NCBI RefSeq assembly: GCF_001194135.2
Contig: NC_068981.1
Coordinates: 199,746,515 to 199,810,514 of the forward strand
Direction: 5' to 3'
DNA length: 64,000 nt
DNA from: Octopus bimaculoides
Lineage: Eukaryota
The position numbers were made by a program, and so were the translations under genes. Position 1 is the stretch's first letter. Each line of letters opens with the position of its first letter. This document shows positions 23,684-36,819 of this stretch, piece by piece. The notes under the pieces are model-generated. The model did not search any database. It worked only from the letters and a program-made list of their open reading frames with translations, and had not been told where the DNA came from.

Positions 23684-23802
23684 GTGGCCACAATAAACGT
23701 GCTTAGAGTTACAACCTTGCTTGTATGTTATTCATCTGGGTTTACTACCAGCGAGATTACAGCCTTCTGAGAGTCATATTAGGTGGCCCAACGATGACCT
23801 AC
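22500..23802 (+). repeat. Probable Gypsy 3' LTR, interrupted by an RTE insertion, (TA)n and a gap
   Basis: Lies after the integrase; the distal part carries AATAAA (23692-23697) and ends in ...cctaca next to ZNF coding sequence. No second LTR is present to confirm the boundaries. Confidence 0.35.
22982..23281 (+). mobile_element. RTE LINE ORF2 C-terminus joined to its 3' UTR subrepeats
   Basis: GTRGRGRPRKTWAEVVRQDLRTLGLTEAITTDRDLWKCAVREKTRQAK* followed directly by the gttgccagt.. subrepeats; this links the abundant (GAT)n-tailed repeat to the RTE LINE. Confidence 0.85.
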
Positions 23803-24445
23803 ACCATCTAAAACACAAAAGAATACACACTGGAGAGAAATCATATCACTGTGATATCTATGGGAAATTCTTTGTCAATAAGAGTGATTTGACTAGTCAC
23901 AGAAAAAAAAACAAAAAAAAACACAGTGGTGAAAAAGCCTATAATTGTAGATTGTGTGGTAAATCATTCTCTGATAATTGTTATCTTGATATCCACATGC
24001 GTAGCACCACAGGGGAAAAGCCATACCATTGTGAAACATGTGGAACATCATTCTCTGTAAACTGTAGTTTTGTTATCCACATGTGTAGCCACACTGAAGA
24101 AAAATCCTTCCATTGTGAAATGTGGAAAATTATTCACTGTAAATTCTTGTCTAGTGATTCATGAAAGAATCCACACTGAGAAAAAACCTTATCATTGTGA
24201 AATTTATGGAAAATCATTCTCTGATTATTCCAGTCTTGTAGTTCATCAAAGAGTACATACTGAAGAAAACCTCTATCAATGTAGAATCTGTGGTAAATCA
24301 TTCTCTGATAATTCAAATTTTGTAGTTCATAAAAGAATCCACACTGGAGAGAAACCCTGTCATTGTGAAATATGTTGAAAATTTGTTGTCTATAACACTC
24401 TCCTAAAAAGGCACAAAAAAATACACAATGGAGGGAAGTCTTAAA
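23803..24445 (+). pseudogene. C2H2 zinc-finger pseudogene (about 7 fingers; 5' part lost)
   Basis: Cys to Tyr changes (CDIY, CEIY), His loss (RSTT), an A-run insertion at about 23902-23921, a frameshift at tgtgaaatgtgg (about 24114-24125) and a stop at 24376-24378; fingers SVNCS, VNSCLV and SDYSSLVV match the paralogues. Confidence 0.85.
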
Positions 24446-27094
24446 AAGAGAAATATGGAAAACTAACCTCTTGTAAACCTAACCTTCTAACTCACCAACA
24501 AGTACATATTAAAAATCCTTAATCACGGTGATTCTTTCAATTTTCATCTTGTAGTTTACAAATGTTATTTGAGAGAAAGCCTTTCACTGGATAACAAAGT
24601 CGAAAAATACTTTGACACAAAACTTTGTCAAAATGAGAAATCTTTGACAATTGCGTACTGGGGTTGATCTAATTGACTAGACCCTCCCCCAAAATTTCAG
24701 GCATTGTGCCTAGAATAGAAAAGAATATTAAAAGTAACTTGTTACAAGTGTGGGTCTGTGGATTCTACCAAACTGGATATTTATAACAATGTATACTCTT
24801 GGCACTTCATTAGAATGTGCCATAAAGTGAAAATTTTCTCCATACATGGCCTGAAAAGATCACATCATGTATGTAGCTCAGGTATATATATGAAACAATA
24901 TACCTTCCATAGTGTTGACAGCAGTGACACTCTTCTCCAATTCTCTCATTCACTCAGACTGATTTCTATTTTTCAGGATTGTTTTAAGACTTAGATCAAG
25001 TTTGTTCCACAACTATCTCATCACTACTTCTCTCTTAGCATTTAAAATTTCTTTGCTGAATCTGTTCATATTTTGTAATCAGTTTTCTCAAGAATGATTC
25101 TATTTTTCTTAACCTCTTTCTCTCTCTCTCTGAATATCTGCACTAAGAATCAGTGAGTGGTGGTCACCAGCTGACTTTGCATTAGAAGAGGGGTCAGCAA
25201 ACCCCAAGTGGGGTAAAAATGAAATTCTTGGGGGTAACAAGGACTCCTTAGACAAGTAAAATTATATAAAAAATGTGTTCCTCATTAAAACAGAAATGTT
25301 TCTTCTGGTAACACTGCATCTGTCCAATGAAATGGATGTGTAATTAGATCCAATAAACCTTTAGAATCCAAAGAATCTCTGATTTTCTTCCTTTCAAATC
25401 TAGCAGTTAACATCAGCATAAATATATTTTGAGGGAATTGGTTAAAAAAGTTCCCTGATCCCTGCATTTAAAGATCCAAGGAAATAAATAGGTGGTAGTG
25501 TTTTATTTGAGATGTGTTGTTGAAAATAAGAAGATTTTGGCAAATTTAAGTGAGACTCAAACAAGAAATGATAGAACTGAATAGGTTTGTTTCTAAAGTG
25601 AGTCTTTATAATATTTAAGATGTATGTTTTTGTTGTTTATCAGTCTTTCTAGTGATGTTAGATGATGTAGTCTTGTGCAGTTTGTGAGAGGGGGGGGGGG
25701 GTTAATGGTATGATGGTTTGTGCGCTTTTTGATCAGTTCATTTACATGGAAGATTTGTAATGTATAAATATATCTTGTTAGTGTGAATCAGGAAGTGTGA
25801 CAGGAAAGGGTGGTAATGTCATTGACATAGAATACTTTGGAAAAAAGTGAAGACTGTTGAAGAGACGAGGAAAGAAAGATATTTTGTGATCCTTTAAATG
25901 GGGCTCATATGTCACAAAAGTATCATCTTAATACACCCACATGTATACAGATGATAACATCCTACATTCTCCTGTAATGTTTCCTGCATAAAAGTAACCT
26001 ACATGCCATCTTGATATTTCATACCAGACATACCCCCACTTTAATGTGTAGAAACCTTGAAACACTTCAATTGGAACATGACTTGGTTTTATATAACAGC
26101 ACCATAATACAGTCAGGGCATGTCTCAAAAAACAATCGCACTGACAACACTGCACTTATTTTACTAACAAAAAGCCTACACATATACAATCATGTATGTA
26201 TATAGAGTGGGCTGTCACTACCGATTCCACTTGCACAGCATTATTTAGCTGAATGTTATAGTTGAAGAACTTTACCAAAGTTGTAAGACAGTGACATACA
26301 ACCTGAAACTATATGGTTACCAAGGTAACTTTCTATTCCAGCAGTCATGCCTGTGCCTAGTCAAAGATATCAGAAAGACATAAAAAAATGCTAAGTGTTT
26401 CTATTAAGCATGAAGGAAAACATTTTCCAATCTGGAATAAAATCCCTGTTGTTTTTTATATTTTAGTAACATTTTCAATTTCATCATAAGAACTCTTTTT
26501 TATTTATCTTAGAATTCTTAAGGTAACAATTTTAGTTTTCTGTAGAATTGACAGTCGGTAGACGTATACTTGCTTGCACACATCTACTTAGATGTATATG
26601 TCAAGTGATATTTGCTTCTTCTTGGTGTATTCCAGAAGTTTTGAAACATTTTGGGGAGTGCCATCTATATTTATTAATTTCAAAGAAGTACAAAACTCTA
26701 ATCTCCTTCAAACTAGGATCCCACCCCCTGACTTGAATGCTCTTGTTGTAGTACTCCAGTCTCTTTGTGAAGACCCCATGAAAGTCCTCCAAAATGAAAG
26801 TCCTGTCACAGACTCCTTCATCTTCTCAATGTCTTCAAAATGACTGCCCCCAAGGTTCTTCTCCAGCTTGGAGAACAATCAAAAGTTACTTGGACCAAGG
26901 TCTGGACTGTAGGCATGAGAGTGAGGGACAGTTTTGATGCCCATCTCTGTCAAGGAGTTGTTTACAAGGATGGAATTGTGAACTGGTGCAGCTGCCTCTG
27001 ACCCAAATGAAAGATAGCTCTGGCCTTTTGTGATAATATTTCTTCTTGAACTTTCTCAAAGTGGATGTAGATGATGCTCTTGCTGTCAAAAATA

Positions 27095-27770
27095 GGGATC
27101 ATCATGAGTTTCCCAGTGGACTTGCTTTGCCTGACCTTCTTGGGTTTGGGTGGGGATCCAGAATGCTTCCATTGGGCACTCTGTCTTTCTTGATCTCTGG
27201 ATCATAACAGTAGATCTAACTTTTATCACAGATCATCAGAGACTCAAGTACTTTTGGATTGGAAGTAATGAGTTCAATCATCTCTTTACTATCACCAACG
27301 CATCTTTCCTTCTGTTTGTCAATGAGCACTCTGGCAACAAACTTTTCACAAATTCTGCACATGTTCAGATCTTCATGAATAATTCTGTGTACAGTTGTCA
27401 CACCAATTCCAAACTGTGCTTATCGTCATTATACATACACAACAGTCTTCATCCAGCAAATTGCAAATTTTCTCAACCAGCTCTGGTGTTCTAATGTTCC
27501 TCTCCCTCCCAAACTTCTCATCTCGACTCTACTGTCCTTGAACCTCTTGTGCCAATGAAAAACAGATGTTCAGCTCGTGCAAGTTAATTGATAAGCAGTC
27601 TGTAGCATTTTTGCCAAATTTAACACAAAACTTTATTATTGCATAGTGAGCTTCCAAATTGTCTTCACGTTCCAATTGCATTCTGTAAATTAGCCGTGAC
27701 AAGCAGTGTTTAGTGCGATGTGTTCAAAGTGATGTTATAGCTGTCTCCTGCAATCTGGAATAAGAAGAAG
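27095..27770 (-). mobile_element. mariner-type transposase N-terminal relic
   Basis: VHRIIHEDLNM.RIC.KFV.RVL...QKE..V...KEM.E....PK.LES..ICDKS, then frameshifted YDPE.KRQS..W..SG(S)P..KK.RQSKS.GK homology. Confidence 0.7.
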
Positions 27771-28663
27771 TTGGCAGATCATCTTATTAGAGATATAGAA
27801 GTGATATGCTAAACTTACAATAATCTAAGAGTTATAACTGCCTCTCCCCAAAAAGACTCAAACCTTTTTGAATAATCCTTGTATACAAGATAATTTTACC
27901 ATCCCTGGTTGGAAAGGTGAGTCTTCTTTGTCATTTTCTCCATGAGATCTTCTTTGTCTCCCTGTTTCACTAGTTCTAGTCATTTTTACAACACCAAACT
28001 TGTTTATCCATATACCTTCATAACACTTGTTTATCCATATGCCTCCATATACATCATATAATGCAGTCTTCTCTTGCACATAACACTTGATTTCTCATGT
28101 ATATTTTTGCTCATTTGTGCTCTGCCATCCATACACAACAGTATTACACATTCAGCAGATCATGCCCGCTACATTTCTTTCTTGCCTTCATAGATCCTCT
28201 GTGTTTAAGACAATACAGTGTTGCACTTCATGTACACCCTGAAGGAAAAACTCTTTGCTACCCCAGCAGAGGTAGTAGATCCCTGAGCTTTTCTACTTGT
28301 CTATCTTCTTTTATCACGTTTGGTGTGTCTAACTTCCCAGGTGTGGCAGTAATCAGTGAGCTCAGAACTTCTTCCCACAACATTGGCTCTCTGGGACACT
28401 CTCTCCTTCATTATATTTTTTCTTGTAGTTGTTGAGTTGCAAAGCTTCAAGGAGAACAGTAAAGGCATCATTTCTGCTGATCTAAAAAGGCCTGAAAAAG
28501 CCATGGGCACTGCCCCTTCCTCAAGACACAGCAAGTAAAAGAAAATACATTTTGGGACAAAATTAGAAGTAAAACTTGTTTTAAATTTGAAATTTTCCTA
28601 TCAGAAATACAAATAACAAATGTCAACCCCACAAAATCAGCAACAACCCAAAATCATTGACAT

Positions 28664-28908
28664 GGATCTATGAAGGCAAGAAAGAAATGTAGCGGGCATG
28701 ATCTGCTGAATGTGTAATACTGTTGTGTATGGATGGCAGAGCACAAATGAGCAAAAATATACATGAGAAATCAAGTGTTATGTGCAAGAGAAGACTGCAT
28801 TATATGATGTATATGGAGGCATATGGATAAACAAGTGTTATGAAGGTATATGGATAAACAAGTTCGGTGTTGTAAAAATGACTAGAACTAGTGAAACAGG
28901 GAGACAAA
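28664..28908 (-). repeat. 245-bp inverted duplicate of 27953-28197, flanked by a 17-bp direct repeat
   Basis: One mismatch seen (ccaaac/ccgaac); AAAATCATTGACATGGA at 28650-28666 and 28906-28922. Confidence 0.9.
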
Positions 28909-29034
28909 ATCATTGACATGGACTATGAATATGAAACTAGTCCATGGTTTTAACTCTATGGAGTCAGCATTAAAGGTTGTGTAGTTGAGATTTCTGGCAC
29001 TTAAAAAGCACCATCGGATTGTGGTTGATGCCAG

Positions 29035-29935
29035 CTCCTCAGGCCCCTGTGCTGGTGGCATGTAAAAAGCACCCACTACATTTTCGGAGTGGTTGGCATT
29101 GGGAAGGGCATCCAGCTGTAAAAACTCTGCCAGATCAGATTGGGGCCTGGTGCAACCTTCTGGCTTCCCAGACCCCAGTCGAACCGTCCAACCCATGCCA
29201 GCATGGAAAATGGACGTTAAACGATGATGATGATGACACATTTAGAACAGCTATGGATATAGTCATCTAAATCAGATGAATAAGCAGGCTTCCAAGCTTC
29301 ATGTTTCAGATGATGCCATGAAGCAGTAATGCCATAAGTGGTGACATCCTCATAAATACCTTCTCCAGTGCTATTTTTCATCTATCTCACAGCAGTGTTG
29401 GAAGTTGCCTTTGAGGAAGTTCCAGGGGGAATTTACATCTAGATGCTGCATGATGTTGATCTCTTCAATGCTGCACAGTGTAAAGCCAAGACTGCACAAC
29501 AGTTCAGCTTAAAGATCAATATCAGAAAAGCTGAATGCCTTTACCAACCTCTGGAGAACCTAAATTACTATTGCACATGAAGGGCTGACCCCATGCAAAA
29601 CATTCGAATACCTAGGCAATACCATATCAGATAATGCACAAGTGGACCAGGAAATCATATACAGAATGAACAGAGCTAGTGCTTCATCTGACAGGCTGCA
29701 GGAGATGCTGTGGAAAAATAGGCATGTTTCTATATATGTCAAATGTAAGGTGTACCAGACTATGTTTCCTTTTCTGCTGTATGGAACTTGAAACCTGGAC
29801 AATTTATAAAGCACAAGTAGACAAATTACATGCATATATGATGAGACCGCTATAACCAATCATGAATATCACACTCTTTGCCAATATCAGGAATGAAGAG
29901 ATCCTCCACCCATGCTGGCCTGCCTCCTGCAATGG
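29035..29935 (+). mobile_element. RTE 3' tail (29035-29236) followed by a BovB-like RTE RT C-terminal fragment (about 29290-29935)
   Basis: Tail ends gatgatgatgac; the fragment reads FEYLGNTISDNAQVDQEIIYRMNRASAS..RLQEMLWKNRHVSIYVKCKVYQ. Confidence 0.7.
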
Positions 29936-30599
29936 AAATCATCATCATCGNNNNNNNNNNNNNNNNNNNNNNNNNNNNNNNNNNNNNNNNNNNNNNNNNN
30001 NNNNNNNNNNNNNNNNNNNNNNNNNNNNNNNNNNNNNNNNNNNNNNNNNNGGAGCTGGCCAGGCAGAAGACTGCACCAGGCTTCTGTGTCTATTTTGGCA
30101 GGGTTTTTACGGGTGGATTCCCTCCCAAACACCAACTACCCTGCAAAGTGAACCGAGTGCTTTTTTGCATGATGTTGGTTGGGCCACAAATACAGGATGG
30201 AAACAACAAACTCCCCAGCCAAATCTTTAACTCCTAACTATGTAAGGGGAAAAGAAACCATGGAAGACCTAGGCTGAGCTTCAAAGGTACTGCAAAAAGA
30301 AACAAGAAGCCATGAACAGTCACAGATATTAGCTGAATAAATATCATGAGATGGTAGTCTACAATTTAACAACATTTAAATAGTTAGATTCAGTAGAAGT
30401 TAAATTTCTTGATAAATATAGCACTGGGTAGTTAGATATTTTGTTTTGCACAAATCTGCACCCAGTTCGGAAATTTCTGAGTATCTCAGGAAATAACTGT
30501 AAAAATTTAATCAATCCTAAAAAGGACTATATGTCTTATTAGATGGTGGACAAACATGAGATATTTTCTGAATCTTTAAGTTCACTACATCCTGGGTTG

Positions 30600-30815
30600 T
30601 TGCCCTGCCAGTACCTCCTGACTGGCCTTCGTACCCGTGGCACGTAAAAGCATCCACTACACTCTCTGAGTGGTTGGTGTTAGGAAGGGCATCCAGCTGT
30701 AGAAACTCTGCCAAATCAGATTGGTGTAGCCATCTGGTTTCACCAGTCCTCAGTCAAATCGTCCAACCCATGCTAGCATGGAAAGTGGATGTTAAACGAC
30801 GATGATGATGATGAT
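30600..30815 (+). mobile_element. RTE 3' tail
   Basis: Same family as 5290-5590, ending (GAT)n. Confidence 0.8.
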
Positions 30816-30919
30816 AGTGGAACACTGAGATCATGAACCAGACAATCAAAGAAGCCATGTGTCTCTGTCTGTTAAAAGCAGAGGTTACTGGAATGTTATA
30901 ACAATCTAACCACCATCCG

Positions 30920-32160
30920 CATTTAATGTCCATTTTCCATGCTGGCATGGGGTGGACAGTTTGACAGGAGATGACAAGCTGAAGGGCTGTTCAGGCTCCA
31001 TGTCTGTATTGGCATGATTTTTACGGCTGGATGCCCTTCCAAACTCCAACCCCTTTACAGAGTGCATTGGGTACTTCTATGCAATACCAGCATAGGATTT
31101 TTTTTACATGGCACCAGCACTTACAAGTTCATAAGATTAGGAATACTCAGCTGGAGAGGGTTGCAGGCAATGGGGCCAGTATGCCAAGGACAACCACGCT
31201 TTTACTTAGCTTGATGTGTCCTTTCAAGCACAGCAAACCGCCCAGAGTTTCAGTCCTGTTATCCACTCTGAGTCTCAACATCTGTAGATCCTTTCTCACT
31301 TCGTCCCATATCTTCCTGGGTCTACATCTTCCATATGTTCCCTCTACATATTAGAGATTGGCATCTCTTGATGCAATTCTCTTCATTCATATGCATTACA
31401 TGGCCATACCAGTGCTTTTTTCTCTTGCACACAACATTTGATGCTACATCTACTAAGTTCGTCTTTAAAATCACACTATCGTATAATTCACACTGACATT
31501 TCCCATCCAACAGAGCATACTGGCTTCATTTTTTTTCAAGTTCCCGCATATTCTCAGTCATGGCCCATATCTCACTGCCATTTAGCATAGCTGTTCTTAC
31601 ACAAGCATCATACAATCAGCCTTTTATTCTGAGGGAGAGGCCCTTTTTTACCAACAGAGGTAGTAGTTCTCTGAGCTATGCCCAGCCTATTCTTATTCTA
31701 GCAACTATGCTTTTGGAACGACTTCCATCACTGCTAACTTGGTCACCTAATTTACAGAAACTGTCTACTATTTCTGGGGATACCTCCTGACATATGAGGG
31801 AGTCTATTTTTTGTATATTCCTGGTGTTTAATCTAACTACCCACCTGCTACACACTCAAAGACCACTTTCTCCATTAGTCATCCAGTGATACCACTGCAC
31901 CTCTTACGTGTCCATAGCTTGCACTGGGTACATTTTATGGCGTTTCTCCCAACACTTTTTCTACATATCAAGCAGGGCCATCTCCCTGAAAGGTTCTGTG
32001 TCCTACATCAATATTTTGGTCTTTGCGAAATTAACTCTAAAGCCCTTTGATTCCAGACCTTGCTTCCATACCTGAAATTTCTTATTGTAGTTCTGATAGT
32101 GATTCAGTAATGAGAACAGGGTCTTTGGCATAGAGGGGCTTTCAAGGGCAGCCAGTCTTA
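30920..32160 (-). mobile_element. RTE LINE 3' third (RT C-terminus, PHD-like insert, 3' UTR), decayed
   Basis: Minus strand: LYAKD..LITESL..KFQVWKQGLESKGL.VN..KT; ICRK.VGRNAIKCTQCKLWT.KRC; SRVASIRIGWA.LRELLPLL; HWYGHVMHMNEENCIKRC. Confidence 0.8.
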
Positions 32161-33973
32161 AGTTCCTCTGTTATAGCTTGGAGGATGATGATAAACAAGA
32201 GGGGGGGGACTAAGAACCGATCCCTGACGGACTCCTACTTGTACACTAACCTCCTTGCTATACTCATTGGCAACTCTCATCTGTACATGGCTTGTACAGC
32301 TCTCACCAACCACTCATCTATCCCTAGCTTCCACATTGCCCACCAGATAAGGGAGCAGGGACCTCTGTCTCCATGTCAACAAAAGCCAGAAACAGGTTTT
32401 TTTTGGGGGGGTGGGGAAGTATTTCTCCTGCAGTTGTTTCACCAGGAAGATAGCATCCATATTGAGAGAACCATGTGTCACACAATATGGAAGCTATTTA
32501 AAGTAAGTTTGTAAAGTGTTTTTTTTTTTCAAGTAGTGTATAATAAATATAAAAACTAGGGTAGAGGCTAAAACCAGAAAATATCAACACACATAGGAAT
32601 AAAATTTCTGTTTTGTGTGTGAGAGTGATTTAGCTGCTACTTCTAGCAGGTTGTATGAGTAAATAAAGACTTCAACTTTTGGTACAAATGAAGAGATGTA
32701 GGTGTAGCAGGTGAGGGTTGTAGACAGTGTGTCTTGTTGAGAGAAACAGGAACCATTATAGTAAAGTATTGCAGCATGTTTGTAATTAGAAGGTTTCTAT
32801 TAATGCTGATATATTTTGTATTGACATGAAAATGATCAGGACTGTATTTTCTCAAACCCTGTCCCCAGATCCCTATGACAAACCAGTGTTAATAACCAAC
32901 TGAAGTTGTTTCCTAAAAGCTTATCTCTCTTGTTACATCCTGAAACATAAGTTTCTGACTTTTAACCTCTCCAAAAGTCACTTAGATATTAGGATGCTTC
33001 AACGCAAAGAATCTTCCATTATGCAAACATCCTATCACAAACATTTCAAAGTGGACAATCTATTTTTTTGCTATCTATTTAACACAAGGTTTCTCTCTCT
33101 CTCGTTACTCACACAAAATCTTCAATAGGTAACAGGACAAGAAGCATTTTCCATTCACAAAAATACTTCTATGCTATATGTGCTGCAATTAATATATAAA
33201 ATTACATACAGAAACACTTTTATCAAATGGTATTTTGTTACAAATAGTATGTTTAATGGTGAACCATCTTTGAGAAAGATAATTTCAAGTCTAGAAAATA
33301 CCATCCAAGAAATCTTGTAGTTAAAAGATTTTAATGTGAAATTTAAGAGATCCTTAAAATAGAAATTTAATTTACATATGAGGGGGAAAATTTTATCATA
33401 AATTTAAGTGATAAGATTTTTACATAAATTTTTAATTCGTTTGTTCTTATTTTCAACAAATCATCTCAATAAAAATTTTCTCATGTAAATATTTACTTCT
33501 TTAAAAACATGGCTTTTAAATAATTTTGTACAACTTTCACATCTGTAAAGTTTTACCCTTTAGTTTTTCCATAATGAGACTGAGTCTCTGGTAGGAACAT
33601 TAACCGCAAATAACAGTAAATGGATCTTTTTCCATGATGAATTTATGGATTGTAGGACAAGAACACAAATTTCCAACATATTTCACGTTAATAATTTTTT
33701 ACTCTTGCCTTTTCACAAGTGCAACACAAATATACACTTCACATTCAATGATTCCCCTAAATATAATCATAGTGTCAAGGTATGTATTTGTTTTCAATTA
33801 CGAGTTTATTATCCACAAAGAAAATTTCCTCGTGTTTCGGTGAAAAGGTTTCTTTCAAACGAGAGCACACGTACAGACACGATGAGAAAATTCAAAAAGA
33901 ATGATATCCGAAGTATTTCAACATAAACTCCAAATGTGTACTAGAAGGTGGACTGTAAGTTTAGACTGACAAA

Positions 33974-35215
33974 TTAAGACTTTACTCTTGTGTGTATTCG
34001 TTCGTGTCTTTTTAAGAGACTGTTAGTGATGAAAGATTTCTCACATATTTTACAATGGTAAGGTTTTTTACCAGTGTGGATTCTTCTGTGAACTACAAGA
34101 TTAGAATCATCAGAGAATGATTTACCACATATTTCACAATGGAAAGGTTTTTCTCCAGTGTGGCAACGCATGTGGATAACAAGACTACAATTAACAGAGA
34201 ATGATTTACCACATATTTCACAATGGTATGGTTTTTCCCCAGTATGACTACGTATATGGATTTCAAGATTAGAATTATCAGAGAACGATTTCCCACATAT
34301 TTCACAATGGAAAGGTTTTTCTCCAGTATGTATTCTTTGGTGACTTGTCAAATCACTACTATTCACAAAAGATTTCTTGCATACTTCGCACTGGTAAGGT
34401 TTTTCCCCACTGTGTATCCTTTTGTGACTGGTTATATAGCTATTATCAACAAACGATTTTCCACATATATCACAGTGATATGGTTTCTCTCCAGTGTGTA
34501 TTCTTTTGTGTCTTGTTAAACTACTATTATTGATAAAGGATTTGCCACATATGTCACAGTGGAAGGGTTTTTCTCCGGTGTGACTACGTATGTGTACCAC
34601 AAGACTCGAATTATCAGAGAAGCATTTCTCGCATATTTCACAGTGGAAAGGTTTTTCTCCAGTGTGACAACGTATGTGGCTAACGAGACTTGAATTCTGA
34701 GTGAATGATTTACCACAGATTTCGCAATGATAAGGTTTTTCGCCAGTGTGAATTCTTTTGTGAACTACAAGATAGGAATTATCAGTGAATGATTTACCAC
34801 ATACATCACAATAACAGGGTTTTTCTCCAGTGTGAATGATTCTGTGTTTTTTAAGTTTAGAATTAACAGAGAATGTTTTCCCACATATTTCACAGTTGTA
34901 AGGTTTTTCTCCACTGTGGATTCTTTTGTGCGTTGTTAAGACACTGTAATAATCAAAAGATTTCCAACATATTTCACAACGATACAGTTTTCGCTTTTCG
35001 TGTATTTCTTTGTGTGTGAAAAATTCCTGTTCTGAAGAAAATGTTTTCTCACAAATCTCACAGCAATATTCAGGAACATTTCTGTTTGGCGATGTTTGTT
35101 TAGTAAATGTTTCACAAGATAAAGATTTCTCACCACTCTGTATTTCTGTTACTGAATCGATATTGTTAAAAACAGGTGCGTTATTAAAAGTGTCCAAGGG
35201 ATTAACGTCTTCCAT
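33974..35215 (-). CDS. Poly-C2H2 zinc-finger protein, 413 aa, 13 fingers, MEDVNPL-leader subfamily (paralogue B)
   Basis: Intact ORF; start placed at the MEDVNPL ATG (35215) by homology rather than the upstream TTG; candidate AATAAA on the minus strand at 33805-33810. Confidence 0.95.
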   Translation of the reverse strand: MEDVNPLDTFNNAPVFNNIDSVTEIQSGEKSLSCETFTKQTSPNRNVPEYCCEICEKTFSSEQEFFTHKEIHEKRKLYRCEICWKSFDYYSVLTTHKRIHSGEKPYNCEICGKTFSVNSKLKKHRIIHTGEKPCYCDVCGKSFTDNSYLVVHKRIHTGEKPYHCEICGKSFTQNSSLVSHIRCHTGEKPFHCEICEKCFSDNSSLVVHIRSHTGEKPFHCDICGKSFINNSSLTRHKRIHTGEKPYHCDICGKSFVDNSYITSHKRIHSGEKPYQCEVCKKSFVNSSDLTSHQRIHTGEKPFHCEICGKSFSDNSNLEIHIRSHTGEKPYHCEICGKSFSVNCSLVIHMRCHTGEKPFHCEICGKSFSDDSNLVVHRRIHTGKKPYHCKICEKSFITNSLLKRHERIHTRVKS

Positions 35216-35242
35216 ATTAAATAATTTGAGAAGTCTTTCAAA

Positions 35243-35368
35243 CTGAGAAATTCCTGTCAATGTAGACTGCTACGATTCTGTTTACATGATAAAATGACGT
35301 TAATTAAGGCAGATGACGTAATTAAACTAATTGCAAAATAGCGGTGTCATTGATAATTTTTCCCTTAC
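35243..35368 (-). other. Predicted 5'UTR intron of paralogue B (126 nt)
   Basis: Donor GAG|GTAAGG (G at 35368), acceptor TTTCTCAG| 27 nt before the ATG. Confidence 0.55.
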
Positions 35369-35560
35369 CTCAAGGATACCGGTGACACATATTAAAAGTC
35401 CCCTAATGTAATTTAATACATTCAGATTCGGTCAATTATCGTAATTTATTCCGCCACTTGTATCCATCCATTGTAAATGAAATATTGACCAGCTAAATAA
35501 CTATGACATATCAACTGGAGAGTCAATACGACGTTGTTCGAACTGCTAGAAAGTGTGGCT
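35339..35560 (-). promoter_or_regulatory. Conserved upstream block of paralogue B
   Basis: ggggacttttaatatgtgtcaccggtatccttgag, and further upstream ctttctagcagttcg..ttgactctc, both aligning to 53765-53960 (+). Confidence 0.55.
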
Positions 35561-36082
35561 AAACTCTCTTAAAAAATAAGCAGGAATGTCATTTATTTTG
35601 AACAGCATAGATAGACATATACATATAAATATAGGCATAACTGCCTAATCGGCATACTCAACTATACTTATACCTAATCTGGAAGTTATGAGGCAACAAA
35701 GTCGGTGGATGGGTACACATCTGTAGTTATGTCTAAATATGTTCATACACACTTGTATGTATGTATGTCTCTTCTATTTTTTAATTATCATAAATCTTCC
35801 ACGAAGGAGGGAGCCGGTTTCCAACAAAGATACAAGGTTCCATCTTTGGGGTGTAGTTTAACACAGACAAATTCATATTTGGAACTTGAGAAAAGTCTTG
35901 CATATTTTTACTGTTCCACTCATAGATTGCGCTTGTAATGTACGAATTAACCGGTCGATTTCTCTTTCTGAAAATCCCAGTTTACCCAGATTCTCCTTTA
36001 AGTATTTACAAACAAAACCTAGTCCTCCAATTATTATTGGTATGAATATGAATTCATAGTCTGGATATAGAAGCTGGAGGTT

Positions 36083-36300
36083 TCAAAGCAGTTCTCCATA
36101 GATATCCTCTTTTTCTTTGATCTTCAGTGATATTTGTATCGCATATAATACATTTTCATCTGTGCCTCGGTACTTGTAACGTTGTTTGTGTAGAATGGAG
36201 GAGACAGAGAGACCGTTGATGCACAGGTTTGGGGTTTGAGGGACTGACTTCCCTCGTTCTATGACCAAATATGAACATTTCTTTTGGCCAAATTCCATGC
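36083..36300 (-). mobile_element. Non-LTR retrotransposon RT fragment (R4/NeSL-like)
   Basis: MEFGQKKCSYLVIERGK...INGLSVSSIL..QRYKY.G resembles the GMEFG..KC...I.RGK..YKYLG RT thumb motif. Confidence 0.45.
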
Positions 36301-36819
36301 CTGTATCAGCTGAAAATCTTACTAATTCCAGTCGCAGTATATCATCGTTTTAATGTCCAGCTTAAAAACTGAAAAATTCCTGTTAAGAATTATTATGTTC
36401 AAACAGAACGCACTCCGTACTACTCCAATGTAGTTATGATATTAAACTAATGCAGTAACTAACATGGACGATCAACGCTGTCACTGACAGTTCATTATTT
36501 ATTCAAATATGTTTAGTCCACTTTCAGTCATGTGGGGGTGTACAAGATTCTCCCATAACAGTATCCCAGCTCCAACTTCCCACTGAAGTCTTGCAGTGAC
36601 AGGTGAATGGCGAAAATGTCAGGTGGAGGTAGCCACTGGAAGTCAATGTCACGAACCTGAATGTAGGTGGCCGGGGACTTTGGTCGTTCTTCGAAATCGG
36701 GGCAGCGGAAGACTTCAGCAACTCAGGCGACTGAGTAGCCTTTTTAGGAATGCACTGCTCACCCTAGAAAAGGTGACTTAAAGACAGCCTGCCCTACGCC
36801 GTCTGGCCAGTTTACAGCA

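Noticed and set aside
20307-23802. TGTAGG...CCTACA as the two ends of a full LTR element
   Set aside because: RT-coding sequence (GLDFVFVY) starts a few bases after TGTAGG and there is no TSD, so the left match is coincidental.
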